A stretch of 64,000 nt of DNA, from NCBI GenBank assembly GCA_051294375.1, contig CM119266.1:10069677-10133676 (forward strand). Reading direction: 5' to 3'. The notes under the pieces were generated by a model, which worked only from the letters and a program-made list of their open reading frames with translations, ran no database searches and was not told where the DNA came from. This DNA comes from Paraspadella gotoi. Lineage: Eukaryota > Animalia > Chaetognatha. Below, in pieces: positions 24,077 to 37,435 of this stretch. The number at the start of each line of letters is the position of its first letter. The first letter of the stretch is position 1. Made by a program: the position numbers and the translations under genes.

Positions 24077-25627
24077 TCGTCTCCTTGTTTATTTTCTGTT
24101 TATTTTTTATAAACTTTCGCCCCCATTTCCTTGTTTACCAATTCGCCCATTAAAAGTAACGAGCGAGGGAAAAAAATATCATCCTCAAATGTTTTTTGGC
24201 GAAAAAAGGCTTCAACCGCTTTTATTTCTTCAGCCGAGAGAGGGGGGGAGTGAGGGAGAGAGAAACAACGACGACGACGACGACGACGGCGACGGACTAT
24301 GAAGAAAATAACGTATTCAGGAGTTTATTTGTTAGATGCATGATGATGATGATGATGATGATTGATGATTTGCATGATGATGAACGAGAAGCTTTTATTA
24401 CCATGAAATGGAAATCGGTGACTACTTGACGAGGATATGACGAGGAAGAGGATCGCTACGACGACCCGATGGACGATGACGATGATGATGATGACGCACG
24501 ACGGACGACGGACGACGACGCACGATGATGATTGATGGATGATGGATGATGATGATGATGATGATTTGAATGCAGTGATGATTGATGTGATTATGAATGA
24601 TAATATCGAAGTCAGGGAAAAAAAATTACGGAAAAATCCGTCGATTAATAAACAAAAAGAAAAATCAGATTCGTATTATAATTGACCAAAAATGAAATTT
24701 TGACGAAGGGCGAGCGACGATTGATTGACGACGAAGGACGACGACGCAGTTGACGACTGATAACGACGAACAGAAAGTTCCAGCGATAACGAAAGCAACG
24801 ACGACGTTCAATTTACGACTGGCGACGGGACGACGACGACAACAAAACAGCCAAATTAAGAAAGCACGACGGGACGGAACCGATGATGACGATGAGAGCA
24901 ACACGGGACGCCAAGCGGAACAACGAAAACCACGACGACGATCATAACGACGACGATGACGACGACGACGACGATGGTCCCCTTCTCCTCAATGGAAGCC
25001 TCAATCAAAAGGATTCGACGGACAAAAAACAAATGAAGTCAAAAACGCAACGAAATTTCGACGAAAAAATGTTTTGACGAAAATATCCTTTAGACGTCGC
25101 TGGCATTTTTTCGTTTATCTAAACAATCGTTTTAAGATCCGCTTAATAAACTGGGCAAATTGCCACTGCTTTGTGCATCTCATGCAGATTTTTCTCCCAT
25201 ATAAAAGCTAAAAGAGCATGGTATAAATTCTCCCGACCTTTTTTCGACTTTTGACCTCAAAGCTAATCCGATGCGTACGCTAATTTTAGATACTCATTGC
25301 GACGCATCTTGGTCTGACCTCTTGCACCAAGTACCACCTGCCATTGCCGTCTGCAAACGAGCAAATCTAGGGTCAAACAGACGATCGACTTTGAAAAAGT
25401 ATGAAAATCGCTTTAATAAACGATTCGATGCGAGACGATATTTTTTAACACTTCGTTAGCGATTCTCTTCTTCTCCCGTCGGACATTTTTAACAACGAGA
25501 CTCTTATTAACATCATTAGTTTATTAAAGCTTATTAATTAATGGTAGACGGCACATAATTTAAATCGGCCAGGACCAGAGAGACTTTAAGTGTAAAATGA
25601 TATTGAGCTATGTAAGACTGAAGGGAA

Positions 25628-25701
<74 letters not shown>

Positions 25702-26701
25702 GAGAGAGAGGAGAGATGAGAGATGGTGAGTCCAGGTAACCGCCTTCTCTCGGAGACCGTTCAAACCCCTGGCGACGAAGACTTCATCGACACATTAAAA
25801 AATAACCTAAATATTAACCTAACTTATTACACTAATTTACTAACCGTTACACCATTTCTTAAACAAAATTTTTATTGTTAACCAAGGCACGCATTGGGCC
25901 TCCAAACCGTCTATCATTTTTCTACGGTTTGCCCAAATTACACGCAGACCGTCTTTCGGTCGATCAGCGCACGTAAACCCGCTGCCTGGAACTGGCCGTG
26001 ACGTGGCCGTACTGTCGAATTTTCGCCTGTATAGTGCACGCTCGTCGCTCGCGCACACGTGATTCGATCCAAAATCGTCAGTCTTTGTTCGAGATTTTTT
26101 TGCCGGCAGGTGAATTAAGTCCTTTCTTTGAGACTTGCGGAGGGGGGAGAGAGAGAGAGAGAGAGAAGCAGCAACGAGAGTGAGGGAGAGAGAGAGAGAG
26201 AGACCGAAGAGAGAGAGAGCATGAGAAAGAGAAGGAGAGAGAGAAAGGCATGGTTAAACTTAGTAGAGGGAGTGGTAGGGAAAAGAAGAGAGAGGAGCAG
26301 AAAGAGAGAGGAACTCAGCTGAAAAAAGAAAAGAGAGAAAGATAGGAAAAGAAATTGAAATAGAAAAGAATAAGAAAAGAATATGGAAAAATGAAAAAGA
26401 AATAGAAAGCTAAGAGATGAAAATAGCGAATTCGTGATCGAGAAGAACGAAAAAGGGAAAAAGGAATATGGAAGAGTATCAAAAATGAGAAAGAGAGAGA
26501 GTACAGGAATAAATGGCGGAAAGGAAAGAGAAGAGATAGGAATAAATAGGAAAGAGCATGTGAGATAGGAAGAGATAGGATGAGATATGAAACCAAGAAA
26601 GAGAACAAGAAGTAAGAATCCAGAAATTCGCGATTTTTAAACCTGATTTTTGTTCCATGTCGGATCTTCGTTCAGCACCATCTATTCTTGTGTCTTCCTC
26701 T

Positions 26702-26759
<58 letters not shown>

Positions 26760-26939
26760 CTCTGTTAAAAAATGATCTGTTATGATTTTCTGACGTTATA
26801 TCTTTTCCCGTGTGCGCCACCATTTTTGCTCTCTGTCTCCCTCGATTTTTATTTGTATGAAATGTTTTTATTGCTTTATGAGTTGAGGAGGAAGAAATTT
26901 GACCTTTTGGACTTTAATTTTGTTTAGTTAAGAAGAAAA

Positions 26940-28010
26940 AATGTCTTACCCGTGACCAGAAACGGATGCACAAAAAATGTATCGTTTATTAAAAAAGAGA
27001 AAGTTGTTTAAAGACGATAGCAAAAGTGACTTTAGTGTATGCTCATAATGTGCTCCTTTCACAGTAAATCTAACATATTTGCTTCTACAAATCGGGATTC
27101 ATTCTATATCTAATGTTACTGCTCCCATTACAAAAAATGAAGTAAAAAGATGTCTAGGCTTCATGATAAAAGGGAAAAGGTAAGTTACACAGCACTTGTT
27201 TTTGATGAGAAAGTTATTTCAAATGTTTGTTCATCATCTGGGTGTGCCATTCTTCCACAACCATTTTTTTGTTAAAAAGGTGCATATTTTTCAGCCACTG
27301 GTCAGCCCTGCTCCATCAACATGTGGGAGTTGGTGAGTCTCAGTGCATCTAGTGATCTAGTCTCTAGTGATCCTGGGTGATTTTCAAAATCTGAGATATT
27401 TTCAGCTAACAAGATTACTTTGATTATTGAAAACTATGTTAATAAATCGCTTGAATCAAAGGCGGTAAAACTTATATCCCTAGAACTTAGTGCTTCTGAT
27501 TCACATTGAGGTTTAACCTGCAACTTCTGATTCAAATTTTCTCACCATCTTTGACGCTAAATTTTTGGTGAAATATTCAGACCGAAGATTTTTTTATTTC
27601 GAATGGTTCATAAAAATTCAAATTTTACATAGTAAAAGGTCGGTTATTAAATTGAAAATGATACACATAAAACGTCAATGATTTTTCTAACTAATAAAAC
27701 AGTCAGATTATAAATCTAAATACATACAAGAATGGGAGTGATTTTATTAAGTTGCCATCCATTCTGGGTCAGGGGTATTTGAGAATTTCGTCCTACGCAG
27801 GTTTCTCGACAATGAAGTAGAGAAAGTCGTAAGGATCGTAACGAAATTTGAATTCCAATTTTTGAATATCCACTTTCAACTCGTCTTATAGTTGGTTGCT
27901 TATTTGTTAAAGACAGGAAAAAAACATTGAATCTTAGTGACTGTTTGCGCCGCCTTCAAAGAAATTCTAAAACTACAAGGAATAAAAGACGTAATTCCAA
28001 TGCACATTGC
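26940..28010 (+). CDS. Coding-like multi-exon fragment, possibly including an F-box-like motif
   Basis: PETDAQKMYRLLKKRKLFKDD, then VNLTYLLLQIGIHSISNVTAPITKNEVKRCLGFMIKGK with GT..AG short intron-like tracts. After the CAG acceptor at 27800: NEI*IPIFEYPLSTRLIVGCLFVKDRKK / LVTVCAAFKEILK. Stops and frameshifts are present. Confidence 0.35.
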
Positions 28011-29018
28011 ANNNNNNNNNNNNNNNNNNNNNNNNNNNNNNNNNNNNNNNNNNNNNNNNNNNNNNNNNNNNNNNNNNNNNNNNNNNNNNNNNNNNNNNNN
28101 NNNNNNNNNNNTAAATAATACGGATTCTAGTTCGTTTGTTTAGTTTTGTTAACTTTTGAACAAAATAACGAAACACAAAACTGAAGGAAATATAAGAGCG
28201 AGATCTCCGATCGGTCGTGACGCGGTTGACGTCACAAAAACGTCATCCACGATTTTTCTAGAAAGAAAAAGATGACGACAGCGACCAGAAAATAAAAGAG
28301 GGGGGGGGAGAGGAAAATTGACGCCAGCGAACGAAGTGACGCAAAAGACACAAATGACGAAATTTACGCAAAAGATGAAGAAATCCACCGGGGATAACGC
28401 GAATGCTACCGACGTCGATAGCGACGACTACGATGACGACGACGACGACGACGTCAAAGGTTTAAATTAAAAATTTTAGAAATACTTCTCTAGTTCATCA
28501 TCGAGTTAATATGTTTTTACAAAATGTATGAACCTAATATAAAAGAAAACATTTTCTTAAAACATCAAACGCGAATATCAATTGTAAATTCGATCCACAG
28601 AAGCTAAAAAAATGTAGTAAAAGGAGACAATATTTTTCTTTTTTTTTCTTTTTTTTTTAATTTTTATATTTTAGCACCAACCGGATGATTTTTGGTTGGT
28701 CGGTAAGTCTAGCTAAGGATTTTACTATACAATATAAAACTATTATAAAAGTAGACATTTTAACTATTTATATAAATCGCTTTTTCGTTTCTTTTTCACG
28801 ATTCACACGTGAGCCTCCATTCACTCCGCCTGTCACCTCCTCCTCCCATGAATATTCAATTCGCATCGCATTTCGTCTAAATGTTTTTGTTTTTGTTTTT
28901 GTTTTTCTTTGTTTTTTGTTTATTTGTTTTCGTTTTTCGTCATTTTTGCATCGATTTCGTCCTCTCCTCTTTTTAGTTGCGCCGCGAGTACTCGCGGAGC
29001 AACTCGGGAGAGGGAGAT

Positions 29019-30930
29019 GGAATGGCCAGCATCAATGCGAATTAATGGACGCCAGGGAATGCCACGTTGAATATCTGTCAGTCCAAGGCCTTAACACCTC
29101 CAACACATTTTGGATAGAACATTAGGTGTGAAAGAGGGCGGGTTGGTGGGTGACAGAGAGGGGAATTGGGAGGTTGTGGAATATCATGGGAATGCAGTAG
29201 GTTGTGGGAAAAGAGTGGAGAACTAAGGGCAAGCAGGATTTTTTGGAAAATGAGATGGCAGATGGTAAGTTGATGATTGTGGGGAAGACATTAAATTGTG
29301 GAAGGAAGTTGTGGAGAAGGAGATGTTGTGAGGGACAGCATAACGTTGTGGTTATGTTGTGGACAAGAGAATGCACTTAAGGTCGGCTTAGGAAAATGAT
29401 GCCGATGCGAGATGCAAACCAAGATTCGAAGACATGATATAGAGTCATGAGGAAAGAAAATTGTGGAGAATCGATTGTGGACAAAAAAGGAAAAATAAAG
29501 AAACGAAGGCTAATTGGGGAGAAAGGATTTTCTCCCGCGGGGGTCGAGGGATTTGTCGGCGGAGAAGAAGATGGAAGAGGAGAAGGATGAGGAGAAGAAG
29601 GAGAAGAAGATAAAAGAGAAGACGCGGGAAGAGGAGAAAAAGAAGAAGAGAAAAAAAAGGAGGAGAAAAGACAGGCCGGACAAAAAGAAGGGCTCAGAAA
29701 AAGAAAAAATTCAATGCTGATAAGTGATGACAATCGATGATAACCGACGCCGATATAACCGACAGCAAAAAATTTGCCGACGACGACGTTTTATATATAT
29801 ATGCATATACGTAATACGTATATATGTATGTATATCTTCGAATTTGGCTTCCCGTAGCGGAGAGGACACCGCCCTCTTTTCTGCTGAGGTTCGACCCTGG
29901 CAATTTTTCGTCTTCGCTCGTGAAAACAAGTAAGAAAACTTTTTTTTAATTGATTATTTCTAAATAAAAAAAAACTGGTTTAATATATAAATCGATGCCA
30001 AAAAAAGCGCAGAGATGGAAGAAAAAGAGAAACAGAGAAGAAAAAAATAAATATTTTTCTCGAAAGGAAGAAAAGTAACGAAAAATGGAAAAAAAAAATA
30101 AAATTAAATAAACCTCACATTTTTTTTCTTCTTCTCTTTTATGTTGGCGGATTATCCATCCATCGTAGGAAATGGGGTTTTTGAAAGGGGGGGATGAGGG
30201 GGCGGGGTGGGATTTGCGGGGATTTGAGAAAGGCGGAAGGGGATATGGGAATTCAAGTTTATGCTTAGGTTGGAGTTAGATCGGTGGGGGTGGCCTGGAA
30301 GCCTGAATCACCTGAGTGGTGAGGCGAGTAGGGTTATTTGGTTTCTTGGCTTTATAAGAGGCCGATTCCAAATCGAGATCGAAATACGCGCTATTTGGTT
30401 GACTGGCATTATTCATTGAGAAGGATATTTTTAAAATGTTGTATTAAAGATTTATGGATAGGCAACGGTACATTAAATAAAAGAATGATCATTAAGAGAA
30501 CCGTTTGATGCTGAAAAAGGAAGGCACTGAAAGAGATGTGAAAGAAAAGCGGGGAGGCCTGTGAAAGCCGTTTTCGCCCATAGTTTCACCGGCGCAACAA
30601 AATAATCTTAGATTCCTTTTGAAAAAGGCGGAAACCGAATTGAAGAAAGGGAAATGGAAGAAGAAACAAGAAGAGAAAATAAATCTAACAACCGAACGAA
30701 ACAAACAAACAACAATAGGAAACCGCGCCGGAATTCGGGGCGGAAGAAGAAGACGCGGAATGGAAAAATTTAAAACAGACGGTCGACAGACGACGACGAC
30801 GAACCGACGTCGGTCCAACGCGAGCAGAAAAAACAAACGTTTCAAAGCTTTTTCAGTTTTCCATTTGTCTCTCTCCCCAAGGGATCCAATTAGAGAGCAT
30901 AGAACAAAAAGAGAGAGAGATGAGAGAGAG

Positions 30931-30995
<65 letters not shown>

Positions 30996-33170
30996 CAGAA
31001 GCGTGAGAAAAAAAATGGTAGAGGCGCGAAAAAATCCTCTTAAAGTCTCTTCTCTCGACAAGAACACACAACACACGACGACAACCAACAACAAACAAAG
31101 ATTAGATGCGAAGATTTTTCTCATGTTTTTTCGTTTCGATTTCGTTTTCGTTTCGATTTTTTGTACAGTGAAAAACTGGCTTTCGCTGAATCCATCGGTT
31201 TTGGTTTTTGTTTGGACGTAGGTTTTTCTCCGTTATAATTTAAATCATGTTCTGTATTCTTCGGAAAGGAATCTCTCAGTTATTATCTACTAATAAAATT
31301 GGCTAACCGAAATCCCGTCTTGGACAGGATAACTAATCTAAATTAAAAGAATAACGAGCAAAGAGAAACAGAATTCTATGAGCGAGTTTCGTGAACTTTT
31401 TTTTAATGCCGCGGGAAATAAATACTCTGAATACTCTATCCACAAATTGGAAAATTACTTGTCACATACTCTATTAATAGATTCAAAGTCTTACTGTTTT
31501 AACTACTTTTTTTGTTTTTTATTTTCTTTCTGGCTTTTTTCGTTTCTTTAAAATAAGATGATTTAATTTCTCTGAGGTCTAATTGCACCAGTCCGTTCGC
31601 TAATTAGCTTTTGAGCCCCCTGTTCTTCTGTCTTAGAAAGGTCAATAGTTTTCCTTTTTTCTCTGGGACTAAAAAAGACGCCAAGCAAAAAACTTGTCCA
31701 AAAACTTCCTTTTTGACAACTTGTCCTTTGTACTATTTTTCTTTTCAATATTCCTCTCATTTTCTTTTCTCAATTTTCCGACTCCATTTCTTCCGCCGTC
31801 TCTCGCCCCCTGAAAAAAATGAACGGCGCTCGGTGGCAAAAAGGCAAAAATGGCAAAAAAAAAGGGAAAAAATGGGCAAGAATTTCTTTTCGTATTTTGC
31901 CAAGTAGAGAGAGAGACGAGAGAGAAGAGAGAGAGAAGAGAGAGAGAGAGAAGAGAGAGAAGCGAAGAAAGTTGGATCGATCCGGAGATAGAAAAGGAAA
32001 GGAGGAGAGAGGAGGAGAGGAAGAAGAAGAAGGAGGAGGAGGTAAGAGGAAAAGAAGAGAAAGAAAAGATGAAGAAAGAGGTTGTAGGGAGGAGGAAGGG
32101 GGGAGGGGGAGCAAAAAGAGAGGGAAGTAAATCAGGAGAAAGGAGGAAGGAAAAAGTAGGGCAGATGAAGAATATTCGAAGAGAAAGAAAATTAACTAGC
32201 GGAAAATAAAAGCGATATATGTATATGGAATGCGGAGATTTGAAGAAATTAGAAGGAGCTGTGGGCTATTTCGCAAGAACGCCCCCAATTTATCTTAAAT
32301 TCGTTAAATGGTTAGGGTTATGGATTATGTTAAGGACTTGGTTTGGATAAGGATTAGGTAGTTATAATGAGATTAGTTTATAAGCCCAAGAATATAATTA
32401 GGTTAAATATTAAGGTTAAATAAATAAAATTCAGCGAATTAGACAAAATTGGAACACTCTCGGAAAAGAAAGCCAAAAAAAAAGGAAACGAAGGAATTAA
32501 TGAACGGAATAAATGCGCAAAACACGCACAAACAAAAAAAGGGAAAGAAAAAAGGAGAGAAAGAGCGAAGAGCGAGACAGAATTGAAACACGATTTGCAT
32601 GGAGAGACTCAGACAAGAAAAAAGGAAAAAATAAAATGGAAAGTTAAAAGGAAGAACTTTGTCGAGAGTTGAAAAGTTAAAAGTTGAAGTATTTAAATGG
32701 TTGTCCGAAATTGAATTAAATAGGCGGGGTTGTAACGACGGAAGAGCAAGAAGAAGAAGAGGAGGAGGAGGAGAGGAGGAGGAGGCGAGACGAAAAGTAA
32801 AACGAAGGAACATAACAAAAGAAGAAGAAAAAATGAATGAAAGAAGAAACGAATGAACGAACGAAAGAACGAAGGAACAACAAACGAACGAACAAAAATG
32901 AACGAAGACAAGCGAAAGAACGAAACGAATGAATGAAGGACAAAGAATGAGGAAACGAAAAGAAACACACTCAAAGAACGAAAGGAACTGAACATGGAAG
33001 AAAGAACGAGCGAATGAGCGAATGAAACAAAATGAATGAAGCAACCACGAACTAGCGCAACGACGAAATCAAATTAAACGAACACAATGGAAACAAGGAA
33101 CGAGCAAATGAGCGAATGCAACAACGAACGAACGAACGAACGAACGAACGAACGAACGAAACGAACGAAC
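29019..33170 (+). repeat. Large inverted repeat, left arm
   Basis: Reverse complement of 37436-41837 along its length (e.g. 29040-29100 vs 41761-41820; 31300-31560 vs 39360-39620; (AACG)n vs (TTCG)n at the inner ends). Confidence 0.92.
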
Positions 33171-33398
33171 TATAAACAAGTTTGACAACAATGTAAGGAT
33201 CTGTCTACGATAAATTTAATTAATTAATTAAATCGATTATTATTAAATCTAATTTAATATGTATAAATAATTTTAAATTTATAATCAACTTATCATCATC
33301 CGATGTCCTTTAAAAAATTGGGTTAGGACAGTATTAAATATGTTTTGTTCATTTTATCAAAACAAATCAAATATCCTCTATTTTATTTATGTCTCCTT

Positions 33399-33479
<81 letters not shown>

Positions 33480-33989
33480 TTTCTCTCTCTCTTCTCTCTC
33501 TATCTCTCTCTCTCTCCATTCTCTCTTTAATTTCCAGCGCAAAAAACTATTTCTTCCTCCCCCGACGCCTTTTCTCTTTCCTCTTCATATCATTTCATCT
33601 TTTTTTCTCCTTCCTCCCCTCTCTCTCTCTTCTCATTCCTTCCTCTTTTTTATTTCCTCCCCCTTTTTTTATATCTCNNNNNNNNNNNNNNNNNNNNNNN
33701 NNCCACCCGCCGTTTTTATTTCCCATTTATTTTCTTTTCCCTTCGATTCTTGTTATTTTTCAGAATTCGCCTGATTTCTGGTCGTAAATCATTTTTTAGC
33801 GCCGACGCCTGATCTTTCTCCCTTTTCCCTTCCTTTCCTCCACTCGCTCTCCCTCACCCCTGCCACCCACCACCCACCAGTCGGCGCCATCCTCCCCACC
33901 CCCTCACCACCCAAATCAACGCCGCCTTTTCCACCAGACGGCGTCGCCCTTTCTGACAAAACTGCCATCACTGGCGCTTTTGGGCGTCA

Positions 33990-34940
33990 ATCCTCCTGCG
34001 CCGCGCCGGGCGTTGTTGTTGTTGTCTTCGTGCGTTGTCGGTGTCGTCGGTTGTTGTTGTCGTGTCTCAAGAAGGTATAAATGAATGTAAAGAATAATGT
34101 TGTCGTGTTTGTGTGTTGCTGTTGTCGTCGTGTTGTTGTCTTCGTCAGTTGTCGTTTGTTTTCGTCTTTGTTTGTTGTTGTTGTGCCTGTCTCTTGTAGT
34201 TGGAACGTCGTATTTCTTTTTTGTTGTTGTCGTCGTTGTTGTCTTCGTCGTTGTTGTTGTCTTCGTCGTTGTTGTTGTCTTCGTCGTTGTCATTGTTTTT
34301 GTATTTGTCGTTGTTGACACTATCGTTGGCGTCGTTATCAGAGTCGTCATCATCGTCATCATCCATCTCATTCCTTGTCGTCGTTATCGTCACAATTGTC
34401 GTCATCATCAACTTCATCTCTTTTGACGCTGACGCCAACATAATCATTGTCATCCACATTGTCATCGTTTTTAAAGTCATCGTCGTCATCATTGTCGTTT
34501 CTGTAGTCTTAATTGTATACGCAGAAGTTTTCATCATAGTCGTCGTATTCGTCGTCATCATTCTTGTCATTTTTGTCGGCTTTCTTGTTGACAGAGATGT
34601 CATCATATTCGTTGTCATCGTCGTCATCATCCGTCTCTTTCGTCGTCGTCATCGTCGTCGTCATTGCTTCCAAACAGGGGGCCGTCTGTCATCCTCCTCA
34701 GTTTTTTTTTTTGTTTTTTGCACGTCGTCGTCGTTGTTGTCTTATTTGTTGTTTTTGTCTTTCCAATTGTCGTCGTCGTTCTCTTCCTCCTCCTCCTCTT
34801 CCTCCTCCTCCATTTTTGACAGATGGCGTCGGTCTCGGCGTCAGCGTCGATCGCCTGACAAAAGTCCGCGTGTCTCTAGACGGAGACTGTCGACGACGAC
34901 GAACGACGACGACGACGACGACGAACAACGACCGACGACT
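33990..34940. repeat. Degenerate GTC/GTT/ATC trinucleotide low-complexity tract
   Basis: Long imperfect (GTC)n/(GTT)n/(CAT)n runs; source of the spurious Val/Ser/Thr/Asp-rich ORFs. Confidence 0.8.
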
Positions 34941-36762
34941 CGTCCTCCCTTCGACCGCTCGTCCTCCTTTCCACCGACTACCTCCATAATCCCCCCCCCG
35001 ACTGAGCATCCCACTTCGTCGTCATCTACCCACGATCGATCAATCATTCCTTTCCTCGACCAATCAATCCCTCCCTCAACCAGTCTTCCCTTGACCAATC
35101 ATTCTTCCCTTCGTCCTTTCAACCTTAGTCATCCAACTCATTTTATTAAACTATTTTTTTTTAATTTTGATTAAAATGTTAATTCACACCATTTACAAAT
35201 TGCATTGTTATTTTAAGCTTAATCAATCAACCAATTAACCGATCGATGAATNNNNNNNNNNNNNNNNNNNNNNNNNCTATCAATCAATCAATCAACAATC
35301 CAATCAATTCAATCATCCAATTCAATCAATCAATCATCAATCCAATCAAAAATCCAATCAATCATATCAATTTATCATCATCAATCAATGCAATCAATCA
35401 ATCAATACATCAATGTCTTTCACAACGCGTCGTCTTCCAAGAACAGTATATCTTCTCATACTGTGCATTCCGACCACTTTTGCCACTCTACCCCGCTCCT
35501 CTTCGTCACATCCCACCTTCCCCCTTTCTCTTTCCCTCCTCATGCTTCCAAGTCCCGCCCACTTCCAATCCTAGCGCGCCTTCCGAAATCGTCTGTCTCG
35601 CCCACGGAAGCGCGTCGCCCTCGAAATACGACGCCGTTCTCTTTCCCTTTGTTTTTGCGGCGCGCGATTAGCGGCGCCGATGAGAGCGAGTTTTTTCTGG
35701 GAGATGAAGATGGCGCCCGGGCCGCAATACAAAATCTGACGACAGTATGTAGGATCGAAACGTAACATTAAACATATCATTCAAACTATAGAGAATAGTA
35801 TTTATATAAACGCGCAAGGTTTCTTTATAAAACTTCTTTTTGTTATTGTTGTTTCACACATAATTTTCAGTTTTTTTTTTCTAGACTTCGATTGCTTTGT
35901 TTGTTTATTTTCTTTATCTGTTTCCTTTCTTTTCTTTTCTCCCCTTTGCCTTTGATTTTCTTTATCTTTCGTCACATTGCTTGTCTTTATTCTTTTACTT
36001 CGACCTTTTCTCGTGTTCAATTGGCGTACAATTTTTCTTATTACTTTCCTGTCTATTCCTCCATTCTTTCTTTTCTTCTTCTTCTTCTCTTAGATCTTTC
36101 TGTCTTTCTTTCTTTCTTTCTTTTCTTTTCTTTCTTTTTTCTCTTCTTTCTTTCTTTCTCTCTTTCTTTCGATGCCAACTCAATCCTCATTTTTCTTCTT
36201 CCTCCTCCTCCCCTTCTCCTTTCCTTTCCTCTCCCTCTTTCCTATTATCTCTTTGCCATCCTCGCGTGTACATGTTCCTCGGGTCCTACTTGTCGACTTT
36301 TTCGCAAATTTGATCAGCGCCCTAATTTTCTTCATCTTTATCCCTTTTCTCCACTTCTCTCTCTGTCTCTCTCTTGTCTCTCTTCTCTCTCTCTCTCTCT
36401 TTCTTCTCTCTCTCTCTCCTTCTCATGCAATGAATTTCGTTTTACTTCTATTTGTTTATACTCAACCCAATGCAATGAGTGTACAATAATTTCAGATTAT
36501 TCGTCTAGATTTTTTCTAAGATTAGGATAGAAAGTTTTATGTTGTCGATTGCTTATAGCAGATCTCGACTCATAATATTTTTCGGTCCGTCGGGTCCGCC
36601 CCCTCAATATTGTCGGCAACACTATACATGTCAGAACATCGATTATATAATTATGCCAAAAAAAATGATGTCGTCCGTCGTCTTGTCGTCCTCCGTCGTC
36701 CCTCGTCCGTCCACCTTAGCAAAAAACTCAATTACCCGTGATGGATTGGATTGGATTGGTTA

Positions 36763-37195
36763 TTGAAATTTGTGTGTGAGGTGGAAACTGTGTGATTGCA
36801 GATGTATGAAGTTTTCGAGGAATCGTGCGAGTGGGAATTGGTTTTAAATGGAAAAAACAAAAAAATTATATTTCATATTTTGAACGCCATTGCTCATGGT
36901 GGATAGTGCATTGACTTGAAATTTTGTATTGATGTAGGGAGTGTTGATTCAGCGGATATAAAGTTTCGATGGAATCGTAGCGGAGTGAAAATGAGTTAAA
37001 ATGGAAAAACAAAAGTCATATTTACTTGAAGTATTTTACTTAAATTTACTCTAATTATTTGTTTATTAAAATTGGATGATAATCGAAATTTGAATTTTGG
37101 TGTGGTGGAAAGTATGTGATAAAGTGGATAAAAATTTTTTGATGGAATCGTAGAGTGGAAAGAGTCAATTAGAAAACCAAAGACAATTTATTTGA
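36763..37195 (+). repeat. Three degenerate ~150-175-bp tandem units bracketed by a ~110-bp direct repeat
   Basis: The unit core TTGAA(A)TTT...GA(T)GGAATCGT...GAGTG...GAAAA..CAAA occurs three times. Flanks at 36441-36545 and 37208-37315 share TACTCAACCCAATGCA...AGGATAGAAAGTTTTAT. Confidence 0.7.
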
Positions 37196-37435
37196 ATTTT
37201 TTTAAGTTACTTCCTATTTGTTATACTCAACCCAATGCATACGTTCAAATGAGCTGGACAATAATTCAGATTATTTTCTTCTAGTATTTTATAAGATAGG
37301 ATAGAAAGTTTTATAGTTTTTTGATAGTTTTTGATAAGATTGGCGCACTTTCTTTCAATTTTATTTTGGGAGGGGGGAATATTAGACTATGGTTCATACT
37401 TCTCTACATTATTGGATTTCACCATTTTCCAGTTC

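Noticed and set aside
34200-35174. 324-aa hydrophobic ORF resembling a membrane protein, and the antisense Asp/Thr-rich frames
   Set aside because: These are products of degenerate GTC/GTT/ATC repeats that stay open in several frames; no domain motif or splice support.
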